Source: an uncultured Chloroflexia bacterium
GTDB lineage: Bacteria; Chloroflexota; Limnocylindria; Limnocylindrales; CSP1-4
DNA: 64,000 bases
Assembly: GCA_963768655.1 (NCBI GenBank)
Contig: CAVYIM010000003.1
Location: 480,001-544,000 of the forward strand
Direction of reading: 5' to 3'
Shown: piece after piece, positions 30,411 to 38,874 of the stretch
Numbering within the stretch: position 1 is the first letter of the stretch
How the letters are laid out: each line of letters starts with the position of its first letter
Made by a program: the position numbers and the translations under genes
Notes under the pieces: generated by a model
Told to the model about the DNA's origin: nothing
Databases searched by the model: none
The model's input: the letters and a program-made list of their open reading frames with translations, nothing else

Positions 30411-31607
30411 GTGGGCCAGGCTACCAAGCCACGCAGATCCGCCGGCGAGGGTGCCATCTACGACACCGCGGACGGACGACTCCGCGGCTCGCTGCTCGTC
30501 CAGTTCCCAGATGGCCGGACCAAGCGCGTCTATGTCAGCGGTCGGACCCGAGCCGAAGTCGTGCGCAAGCTCGATGCCAAGCGCAAGGAAGGCGCGTCCG
30601 GGGCCCTGACGGGTGAGACCCTGGAGGCCTTCCTGACCCGCTGGCTACAGGTTCACGAGACGCGCATCCGCCCATCGACGCAGGCCGAATATCAGCGGAT
30701 CGTCCGGCAGTACTGGCTCGGCGTCAGCTTCACGGCCGACCTCAGGAAGCGAGCGATGACGCGCCTGCAGCCGATCGACGTCGAGCAGCGCATGGCCGAA
30801 CTCCTGGCGCGGAAGCTCTCGCCCACCACTGTCCGCTACGCACGAGGGGTCCTTCGGCGAGCGCTGAATGACGGCATGCGCGAGGGCCTCCTCAATCGCA
30901 ACGTTGCGGCCCTGGCGCGACCGCCCCGACTAGCAGCCCGTGAGATGCGGGCTCTGTCCCCTGCCGAAGCATCGCGACTTCTAAACGGGACCAACGATGA
31001 TCCGATGGGGCCGCTATACGCCCTCGCACTCGGCACCGGATGCCGGCTTGGCGAATTGCTAGGCCTAGCCTGGAGCGACCTCGCGGCCGATGGCTCGGCG
31101 CTGACTGTCCGACGAGCTCTGGCTGAATCCGGTCGAGTCGCCGACGATAAGGGGCACCGGCACACCACATGGAGTCTGGCGGAGCCGAAGACCCGGCGGA
31201 GTCGCCGGACCATCATGGTGCCTACGTTCGTGCGCGAGGCCCTGCGGCGCCAGAAGGCAGCCCAGGCCGCGCAGCGGCTGGCAGCCGGCACAGCGTGGCA
31301 GGACCAGGCCGATCTCATCTTCACCGACGCCATGGGCAATCCTATGCGACCGGATGCGGTATCCCGCATCTTCCACGAGACGGCCACGCGCCTCGGTCTT
31401 CAGCCGGTCCAATTCCACGATCTGCGGCACAGCGCGGCAAGTCTGATGCTCGCCCAAGGCGTCCCATTGAAGACGGTCAGCGAGGCGCTGGGCCATGCCT
31501 CGATCGCCATCACTGCGGACGTCTATGCGCACGTGACTCCAGACCTTCGGCGGGAGGCCGCCGACGCGCTGGACCGAGCGCTGCAAGTGAAGGCCGCGGC
31601 AGACTGA
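30411..31607 (+). CDS. int: Tyrosine integrase
   Basis: GEGAIY, GCRLGEL, FHDLRH, LGHASIAITADVYAH. Confidence 0.96.
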   Translation: MGQATKPRRSAGEGAIYDTADGRLRGSLLVQFPDGRTKRVYVSGRTRAEVVRKLDAKRKEGASGALTGETLEAFLTRWLQVHETRIRPSTQAEYQRIVRQYWLGVSFTADLRKRAMTRLQPIDVEQRMAELLARKLSPTTVRYARGVLRRALNDGMREGLLNRNVAALARPPRLAAREMRALSPAEASRLLNGTNDDPMGPLYALALGTGCRLGELLGLAWSDLAADGSALTVRRALAESGRVADDKGHRHTTWSLAEPKTRRSRRTIMVPTFVREALRRQKAAQAAQRLAAGTAWQDQADLIFTDAMGNPMRPDAVSRIFHETATRLGLQPVQFHDLRHSAASLMLAQGVPLKTVSEALGHASIAITADVYAHVTPDLRREAADALDRALQVKAAAD

Positions 31608-31637
31608 ACGAAAGGACCCATTTGAGCGTCGCTTCGG

Positions 31638-31892
31638 TCACTCGTGCCCTGACGCGACCTCGATGATGGCCGATGACGGAACCAATCGTCGCCGGCCGAC
31701 CTTGACGCTCCTGATGCGTCCCGCCCCGATTTCCGAATAGAGGGCGGTCCGACCGATGCCGAGAGCCCGGGCGGCCTGCTCGATGCTCATCAGGCGATCG
31801 GGCTCGCGCTCACTCGGGCGACGTTCGGTGGCGATCTCATCTCGTAGCGCGGCTACGAGCTCCGCCACGGCCGTCGCGAGCCGGTCGCTCAT
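31638..31892 (-). CDS. xis: Excisionase-family HTH protein
   Basis: LMSIEQAARALGIGRTALY...SVKVGRRRLV. Confidence 0.85.
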   Translation of the reverse strand: MSDRLATAVAELVAALRDEIATERRPSEREPDRLMSIEQAARALGIGRTALYSEIGAGRIRSVKVGRRRLVPSSAIIEVASGHE

Positions 31893-32020
31893 CGGACCAC
31901 GCGCGCTCGAGAGCACGACGGGCAGGAGCGTCGGCCTGTCGATCTGGGCCTGGCTTCGTAACGACTGCCGTCCGGATCGGCGAGGTCGCTCTGGGGCAGG
32001 CTTGCGAATTGGCAGCTCGT

Positions 32021-33482
32021 TCATAGCGCGGACCGATGCCGGGACCAGTGGCGTGCGGCGCGCGTCGACATGATCCGCTTCTGCTCCGACCCAGTAGCAC
32101 CGATGGGCCCCGAACGACCCGACGGGGACGAGCCTCCACGGATACTCGCGGCCACAGCCCGCTCGGCCGGACTCAGCCCCGATCCGGCGTAGTGGAAGCT
32201 CCGCCGGATGACGACCTGGTCGCCGACGGCCTTGGCACGGATCTGGGTGAGCCAGGGGTCGGCCGCGGCTCGATACTCCGCCCGGACGGCTCGCAACGCC
32301 GCGAAGGTGACCGAGTAGCGACGGGCCTTGGTCAGGAAGTGGCCACGGAAGCCCAGGTTATGGGCCCAGCGTGGGCTCAGGGTCCAGGCCGATCGCATCA
32401 GCGCGCGGGCATGATCCGAGAGTTCGGCTCGCTCGATCACTCCCTCCACCCGGATCCGTCGGTCCAGACCACCGCCTGATTGCGCGTCCTTGGTGGCGTA
32501 CTTGGCGAGGTAGCCCGCGACGCCGGCTCCGTGCCCCTCGCCGGCGCGCTGGCCACCGGTGTTCAGCGGTCTCGTGTCGATCTGGCTACCCCAGCGGATC
32601 ACGAGCTCACGTCCACCCGGTCCCGCCACCGTGACCGCTACGCGCGCCGCGGTGCGGGCGACGGCCTCCGCTAGACGCTGCGCCGTCGCTCCGCCCGCGG
32701 GCGCGGTGTCGGGACCGTCGGGGCCGTCGAGCCGGATGACCGCATGGACGTGTACCGATCCACGGGCCTGGAACTCGGCGACCTTGGCATAGGCGACACG
32801 GACCTGGGCTCGCAGGGCCGCTACGCTCAGATCCGCTCAAGGCTGCGAGCTCGCGCGGCAGGTACGTGATCGTTCGCCGCCACAGGGCTCCAAGGTTCGC
32901 GTTCCACAGAGCCGCGGCCTCGTAGTCATAGCAGTCCGGACAGATTGCCTGGCCGATCCGGGGATCGTCCTCGGCGTGACGATCGAGACAGCGCATCGGG
33001 ATGCCGTGCGAGCAAACCTCTGCCTGGCCACCGAGCCGGCAGCTGCGGACGCCACCGGCATCGACAACTCGGCGATGCACCGCCCCGAACGAGGGTGCGG
33101 TGAACGTCGCGAAGACGAGCGGGTGCGAGGCAACCGCGGAGGAGACTCCTCGGGCCTCGTCGCCTCTGAGTCCCGCTGCGACGAGGAAGTAGGCGTCGCG
33201 GCGATACCGCTCCGAGCAGGGCGGACAGCGCGACTCGCGTCGGTTGCCACAGGCGACGAGGACGAAGCCTGGGGCCTGAGACCGCGTCGATCGCCGGGCG
33301 ACGACTGCGCCGGTCCTTGCCGAGACCGCCACCGACTCGCCTTCCAGGCGGATCGGCGAGGTGCAGCCGCCGGTCCGCCGGATCAGTTCCACGACCGCCG
33401 GTGCGCCGGCTCCGTAGCGGTGCGCGAGGACCGCGAGCGGCGCCGGCGATAGAAGCGGCGATGGGGACGCAGGAGGAACCAC
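32021..33482 (-). pseudogene. RepSA-family (pSAM2-like) rolling-circle initiator with a 1-nt frameshift near 32831
   Basis: CGNRRESRCPPC, FATFTAPSFG, CPDCYDY; after the shift KVAEFQARGSVHVHAVIRLDG, YLAKYATK, WAHNLGFRGH; start uncertain. Confidence 0.88.
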
Positions 33483-33493
33483 GGGGACCGGTC

Positions 33494-33919
33494 CTAGCCG
33501 GCCTGCTCGGGGCGGCGCAGAGGCTGCGGGACCTGGGCCTTCGGTGTCGCTGCGCGGACGGCGGTGGCCCGGAACGACCACGCCAGGCGCGGGCGAGAGC
33601 CCGAGGTATCCACGTAGCCGGTTGCCGTCAGGCCCTCGAACGAAACGGCCGGGAACGGCGATCCCGCCGGCGCCTGTGGCAGAACGGGCGGGTTGCGGGC
33701 CGCGATCTTGACCTTCACGACCTTGGTCCGCGCCTCGGGATCGGCGTCGAACACCGAGATCGCCCACAGTGGCAGACCAGTTTCGCGATCGTGCGCCTGG
33801 ACACGCTGCTCTGGCGTAGAGGCATCGAAGTCGATGACTTGCTCTACGGCTCCGATCGCGTATGCCCCCGAAGGGAAGACCTGGTCCATCGTGACGGGGA
33901 TGTGTCTGCCAATTGCCAT
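33494..33919 (-). CDS. AICE-associated 'plasmid replication, integration and excision activator'-like protein
   Basis: VFPSGAY...DRETGLPLW...DADPEA...FEGLTATGY...RLAWSFRA; AAGGAGG RBS; lies upstream of the rep gene. Confidence 0.75.
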   Translation of the reverse strand: MAIGRHIPVTMDQVFPSGAYAIGAVEQVIDFDASTPEQRVQAHDRETGLPLWAISVFDADPEARTKVVKVKIAARNPPVLPQAPAGSPFPAVSFEGLTATGYVDTSGSRPRLAWSFRATAVRAATPKAQVPQPLRRPEQAG

Positions 33920-34306
33920 GTCATGACCTCCTTGTCTGATTTCGAACAGCCAGAATCAGCCGACGCTTTGCTCACAGCTATCGCAAGCTGAGGAGCTCGT
34001 GCGGCTCCGAAAACTGGGGGCGAGCGCTCGTTCTTCGGTCCGGAATGCCTTACCGGGACCTGGGCCAGTCGCCATCCAAGACGCTAGGCCGACCAACCGG
34101 GAGAGTCAAGGCTTCTGCGTACCATCCCGCGTACCATCGGCGACAAATTCCGATGAAATCACCGTCATGAGGTGTGGAGACGTCACCCCTGAGCTAGAAC
34201 GACAGCCGAAAGGGTCCTCGAAGCCGACAGGCGCACGCTGGAGAGCGGAACCGTTTGCGACTTCGTCGGATCGCTGCGACCGGCGAGTGTGGCCCGATGC
34301 GCGGGG

Positions 34307-34720
34307 TCATCGGGCGGGTTCGCCTCCTATCGCCGCGATCCGCTCATGGAGGTCGCCGGGAGGGGCGGGGCTTGTTACAACTTTCTCTACTGCATCAAGA
34401 CCCGTGATCGTGCCTGCGGAGCGGGCGGCGCGGGCCGCCAGCGAAACATCGGCTCGATCTTCCATGGTGTAGACGTCGGTGCAGTTCTGGCTGCCGGCGG
34501 GTGACGGCGCGATGGGTGCAACGGTGCTCGGCGCTATGGACGCGGACGCGCTGGGCATGCTTTCGGACGAGATCGCAATGATCGAAGGGGTGGGTCCGGG
34601 CGTTGGGGATGCTGCCATGGATCCGGTGGAGGCGACCCGGATGGACAGAGCCGCCAACACGAAGACTACGAGGACTGCGATCAGTGAGAGAGCAGGATTT
34701 GCTCGGCGCACGGTTTTCAC
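34307..34720 (-). pseudogene. 3'-truncated exported protein, paralogue of 35016-35738
   Basis: Signal/TM segment, Ser/Pro linker, C...SLAARAARSAGTITG, then loss of similarity. Confidence 0.55.
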
Positions 34721-34925
34721 GGGTAGACCGCCTTGATGCCCGAAACGTCACCAGACTGGGGCGTGTAGAAGTTCTCCGGTCCCTGTTTCATGATTTCTGT
34801 AAGGCCGGTGTGGCCAAGGCCCTCCGCGTGACCGAACTCGTGGGTAAGGACTTTGCGCGAGTCGGCGTGGTAGACGTTGCAGCCGCAGGTGGGGTCGTAC
34901 GGATCCGACCAGTCGAAGCCGGGGC
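34717..34925 (-). pseudogene. 5'-truncated metzincin (matrixin-like) metalloprotease fragment
   Basis: Hand translation THEFGHAEGLGHTGLTEIMKQGPENFYTPQSGDVSGIKAVYP*; in-frame stop upstream at 34960-34962; GTGA overlap with the next gene. Confidence 0.8.
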
Positions 34926-35015
34926 GCCTCAGCGCACCAGGCTTGCGGCAATCGGTCGCTCATGCCCCGCTCCGGCCCGAGCGGAGCCTGGGCCGTGGCC
35001 AACATGGGCCAGGAG

Positions 35016-35738
35016 CTACGGCACGCGGGAGGTCGACAGCAGCGCACTCGGCGACATCTGACTCCCATCCGGCAGGACTACGCTGCCATTCGTGATGGGC
35101 CAGTTGTCGACCACATCGAAGTCGGCGGCGGGAGCAGCCGTTAGCGATGGCTGGCTCTTGGATGTCAGGAACCAAATGGCACTCAGGCCGACCGAAGCGT
35201 CCGGCTGGCCTGACAGGATGTATGTGCTGCAGCCGACCATGCCGCCGAAGATGCGGACGCGAACCTGACCACCGGCGACTGCCTTGGCAACAGACGAGGC
35301 GTCCGTCTTGCCAACGCCAGTGACCGCGACGGTGACGACCCGATAGACGTCCGTGGCTTCTGGGTTCTTGGTAGGCCTGGAGCCGTCAGCCGTATCAAAC
35401 CGACCGGCACTTACCGCAACGATCGAACCGCTGACCACCGCATCGGAGTGGGCGCTCCAGTCCTTGACGGATGGCTGCAGGGTGAGCGGCTCGGAGATCA
35501 CGGTCTGGCAAGCGGATGAACTGGCTGGCATGACCGAGGCGGCTTCCGACCCCGCAGCTCCGGGGCTACTCGATGGATCTTGGACTGCACCGGCAACCGA
35601 AGTTCCAGACGGGGCGGCGGGCTCTCCGGTCGAGTAGACCCGTGGCAGTATGACCACAACCGCGAGAATGGCGACGATGACGGCGGCGGCCCCAACTTGA
35701 GCTGCCTGACGACGTCCTGGTTGACTCTGACTCCGCAT
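35016..35738 (-). CDS. Exported protein with a possible OB/NTR(TIMP)-like domain
   Basis: N-terminal TM, Ser/Pro linker, SDAVVSGSIVAV...YRVVTVAV..VGK...VRVRIFGG..GC...AIWFL. Confidence 0.7.
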   Translation of the reverse strand: MRSQSQPGRRQAAQVGAAAVIVAILAVVVILPRVYSTGEPAAPSGTSVAGAVQDPSSSPGAAGSEAASVMPASSSACQTVISEPLTLQPSVKDWSAHSDAVVSGSIVAVSAGRFDTADGSRPTKNPEATDVYRVVTVAVTGVGKTDASSVAKAVAGGQVRVRIFGGMVGCSTYILSGQPDASVGLSAIWFLTSKSQPSLTAAPAADFDVVDNWPITNGSVVLPDGSQMSPSALLSTSRVP

Positions 35739-35837
35739 TTCCCACCCCTTCCGCCAAGAGCGGTCGCTCCGAGATCGGCGCTCTCTATGAGTGAGGACAT
35801 CCTGTCGCCTAGAGGCGCGGCAACGGCGCAACCTGCC

Positions 35838-35990
35838 TTACCAAGTCGGCCTTGATTTTGGTGGAACGCACGACACGCAGAAACTCGAGTTGTAGAGGAA
35901 CTGCAGACCCGCGACGTCGCCGCCGGAACTCTGCGCCACTGTGGTCGGAGTTTCTCCCATGTATACCGAATTCGGCCAACTCGGGTACAG
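35838..35990 (-). pseudogene. Extreme C-terminal fragment of a second metzincin-like gene
   Basis: SVYMG...GDVAGLQFLY resembles IMKQG...GDVSGIKAVY; HExxH absent. Confidence 0.45.
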
Positions 35991-36135
35991 GGCTAGAGCT
36001 ATGGTGCGCCAGCTATTGAGACAGAAAGCCAGCAGGAACACGAGGCCTCATCGGGCGGTCGCATGAGACCAGTGGCCGCCGCAGACGAGTTGGCATGCGA
36101 GTGCCAATGGGACATTCAGGTCGCCACGCGCCGCA

Positions 36136-36326
36136 ACTCCTCTCGCCCCGAAGACACCCAGCACATCCGATGACCCACGGACGAGAGCCAACGCGTCATG
36201 CACAGCGCACCGAGCGCAGAGGCGGCCTGGCGCCGCCCATAGTCACGAGCACGCGGCCCCGGTGGAGACGTGGGATCCAGATCCCCGAGGAGCGGGTTAG
36301 CCTAGGCCCGACTCCTCTCGCCCCGA
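36136..36326 (+). repeat. 16-bp direct repeat ACTCCTCTCGCCCCGA (36136-36151 and 36311-36326), tRNA-Pro 3'-end-like
   Basis: Exact repeat; the second copy extends to ...CCCCGACCA. Confidence 0.8.
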
Positions 36327-37788
36327 CCATAACAACCAATCGAGCCCCATTCCAGGCCCCGTCCCACCCTTGAGCCTTCGCTGACGCGCTCGGGTGCAGC
36401 CTCACTTTCCGAGACCCCAGCACATCGATACGCTCGAAGAGAGCCTCCGCTAGCAGCTTGCGACCGGACGGCTCGGCGTCATCCCAGAGCTTGGGCAACT
36501 CGCGAAGCGACTCGACTGCCTCTTGCGGTGTCAGCCCGCCGGCGCGTTCGCCTCTGGCGGCCTGCTCTTCCTGATCGAGCGCCCGCATGGTCGCCTCGAG
36601 GGCATCCGGGTCGCGGTCGCGGCGGTAGCGGGCCATGGCGGCATCACGATCGCGCTCGATGCGCGCGAGGGTCACCGGATCGGGTCCGGACTCATCGGCG
36701 CCGAGCCGGTCAACGACGGCACCCGCAAGCTCGGCATTGGCGCTGACATAGCCCAGAGCCTGGCGGACGAGCCCCTCGAACGCCTCGGCTGGATAGCTCA
36801 CGCCCTTGTGGCGCTTGTCGGTCGAGTTGCGAAAGACCCGTGGCGCGGGCCGTCCGGCGCCCAGCCAATCAGGGCAAGGGAAGTTGTGCCGATAGCGGGC
36901 TTGCTGGCCGATGAGGTGACGGCCGCAGGCGGCGCAGTGGAGCATCGAGAGCGCATAGGGCCGCCGGGTTGTCGGGCGGCCCGGATGGCGGCGGCTGAAC
37001 CGGGAGCGGGCGAGCTGCACGCGGTCCCAGGTGAGCTGATCGATCACGGCCGGAACACGAGTCGCGGTGCCATCACGCAGCCGGCCGATATAGACCGGGT
37101 TGGTCAGGATGCCCCGTGCGGTGTAGAACGGCAGTCCTGTCGCCTCGGCGACTTGCGCGTCGGTCATGCCCTCGGCCGCAGCTGCGAAGGCGGCGCGGAC
37201 CCGCTCGATCTGGGCGGGCACCGGCTCCAGGACCGGCGGCCTGCCGGATCTGATGTAGCCGTATGGCGGCTGGCCGCCGGGCTCACCCAGACGGCGGCGC
37301 TTGGCGGCGAGACCCTCGGATACGCGACGGCCGAGCTTGCGGCTGTAGGACTCGGCCTCGTGAGCCTCCCGCACGAAGTCGTCCCAGCGGTCCGAGTCGG
37401 TGCTGATGATCCGCTCGTCGCAGAACAGGACCGCTACCCCGGCGGCGTGGAGGTCATCGACCGCGATGAGGGTTTGCTTGAGGTTGCGCTGGAAGCGGCT
37501 CACATACCCGACCAGGAGCAGGTCGTATCGGCCTGCTCGCGCGGCTTCGGTCATTGCCGCGAACTCGGGCGCCTGGTACACGGTCCGGCCCGAGGCGGCG
37601 CTCTGCCAGACAAGCCCGGTGTCGACGAGGCCAAAGCGCTCGATGGTCCGGTCCTGAAGCTCGCGCTGGGAGTCCGGACCCCAGTTGTCGTACTGCCCGG
37701 TGGTGGACTCGCGTACCCAGCGGGCCACGCGTAGCCCGGCGATCTGGTCGGTGGAGCGGGGCAGGGCGTGCACGATAGGGCGAGTCAT
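36196..37788 (-). CDS. Large serine recombinase
   Basis: WVRESTTGQ (catalytic Ser), SRFQRN, PPYGY, ILTNPVYIG, LHCAACG ribbon, coiled coil. Confidence 0.92.
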   Translation of the reverse strand: MTRPIVHALPRSTDQIAGLRVARWVRESTTGQYDNWGPDSQRELQDRTIERFGLVDTGLVWQSAASGRTVYQAPEFAAMTEAARAGRYDLLLVGYVSRFQRNLKQTLIAVDDLHAAGVAVLFCDERIISTDSDRWDDFVREAHEAESYSRKLGRRVSEGLAAKRRRLGEPGGQPPYGYIRSGRPPVLEPVPAQIERVRAAFAAAAEGMTDAQVAEATGLPFYTARGILTNPVYIGRLRDGTATRVPAVIDQLTWDRVQLARSRFSRRHPGRPTTRRPYALSMLHCAACGRHLIGQQARYRHNFPCPDWLGAGRPAPRVFRNSTDKRHKGVSYPAEAFEGLVRQALGYVSANAELAGAVVDRLGADESGPDPVTLARIERDRDAAMARYRRDRDPDALEATMRALDQEEQAARGERAGGLTPQEAVESLRELPKLWDDAEPSGRKLLAEALFERIDVLGSRKVRLHPSASAKAQGWDGAWNGARLVVMVGARGVGPRLTRSSGIWIPRLHRGRVLVTMGGARPPLRSVRCA

Positions 37789-37968
37789 AGCTCAATCACG
37801 GCATAGAGTCCAGAGACCGGCGGCCGGCCCGGCGGGCGTGAGCCTGGCGGATGCAGACCGCCAGCGCCCGGACCAGCGGGTCAGGGGCAGCCAACCCGGC
37901 GGACTCCCGCGCCGGAACCAGCCGGCCCTGACGTTGCCCGGCTCCGTTGGACCGCCGGGCCTGGCCGC

Positions 37969-38874
37969 TCATCGGGCCTTGCCGCCTTGCCGGCCGGCTC
38001 TGGCTGGCTTGCGGCCGGCTGCAGGGTTCCGGCTGGGGCCGTGCGTGCTGGCACCACCCTGGACCTTGGCTGGTCGCGCGCCGGATGTAGCTGGCTTTCG
38101 GCTGGGCGCTGGCTTGCGGGCGGCTGAACGTCTGCCGGACGAGGCTGGCTTGGGGTTGGCCGTTGGCTTGCCGCCCGGTTTCGTCGAGCTTCCTCGCTGG
38201 GCACGGGGGCCAGCCTGGGCCAGCCTGGTGCTGGCCAGGCGGACCGCCCGCTGGGCCACGTCTCCACCGACCACGCTCGCTCCCCGCTCTGCGGCTCCCA
38301 CCAGCAGGGCTCCCGAGCCGCAGAAGGGGTCCACCACCAGGGAACCCCTGCCAATGGCGGCCATCGCGGCTAGCTCACGGCCCAGGCCATCGGGCTTCAT
38401 CGTCGGATACCGTCCAGCCGTGCCAGGCCCGACAGCGGCCACCGATACGAGATCAACGCCAGAGAGAGTCCGGGAGCCAGCAAGGCGCCCAACCAGCACG
38501 AACTCGGTCTGGTGGCGCAGGCCAGCCCCGAGCCCTGGGTACTGACGGTCCCAGGTGATGGTCCGGATGCCGGAGAAGCCAGCCCGCTCCAAGGCGCCGA
38601 TGGCCTCGTGCAGGCCGTCGTTGTTGGTCATGGCCATGAGGACCCCATGGGGCTTGAGCTTGCGGCGGGCAAGCGCGAAGACCCGCCCGATCTGGGGCCA
38701 GGTCAGGCCGCCCGTGAACCAGTCGCGCAGGTGACCGCTGGTCGGGCTGCGGTTGATGCTCGTATACGGCGGGTCCGTGATGACGAGATCGATCGAGCGA
38801 TCGGGCAGCGAGCCCAACAGGCGTTCGGCCGAGACCAGCTCGACGCGGACACGCTCGGACGGCTTAGTGCTCAT
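37969..38874 (-). CDS. Beta-class N6/N4 DNA methyltransferase with basic low-complexity tail
   Basis: DLVITDPPY, YPTMKP, DPFCGSG; start overlaps the rep stop. Confidence 0.88.
   Translation of the reverse strand: MSTKPSERVRVELVSAERLLGSLPDRSIDLVITDPPYTSINRSPTSGHLRDWFTGGLTWPQIGRVFALARRKLKPHGVLMAMTNNDGLHEAIGALERAGFSGIRTITWDRQYPGLGAGLRHQTEFVLVGRLAGSRTLSGVDLVSVAAVGPGTAGRYPTMKPDGLGRELAAMAAIGRGSLVVDPFCGSGALLVGAAERGASVVGGDVAQRAVRLASTRLAQAGPRAQRGSSTKPGGKPTANPKPASSGRRSAARKPAPSRKPATSGARPAKVQGGASTHGPSRNPAAGRKPARAGRQGGKAR

Noticed and set aside
32820-32840. Programmed frameshift in repSA
   Set aside because: No slippery heptamer or homopolymer at the shift; a simple indel is more likely.
36290-36329. 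tRNA-Pro gene
   Set aside because: Only a 17-nt 3' end; no T-loop, anticodon arm or D arm.
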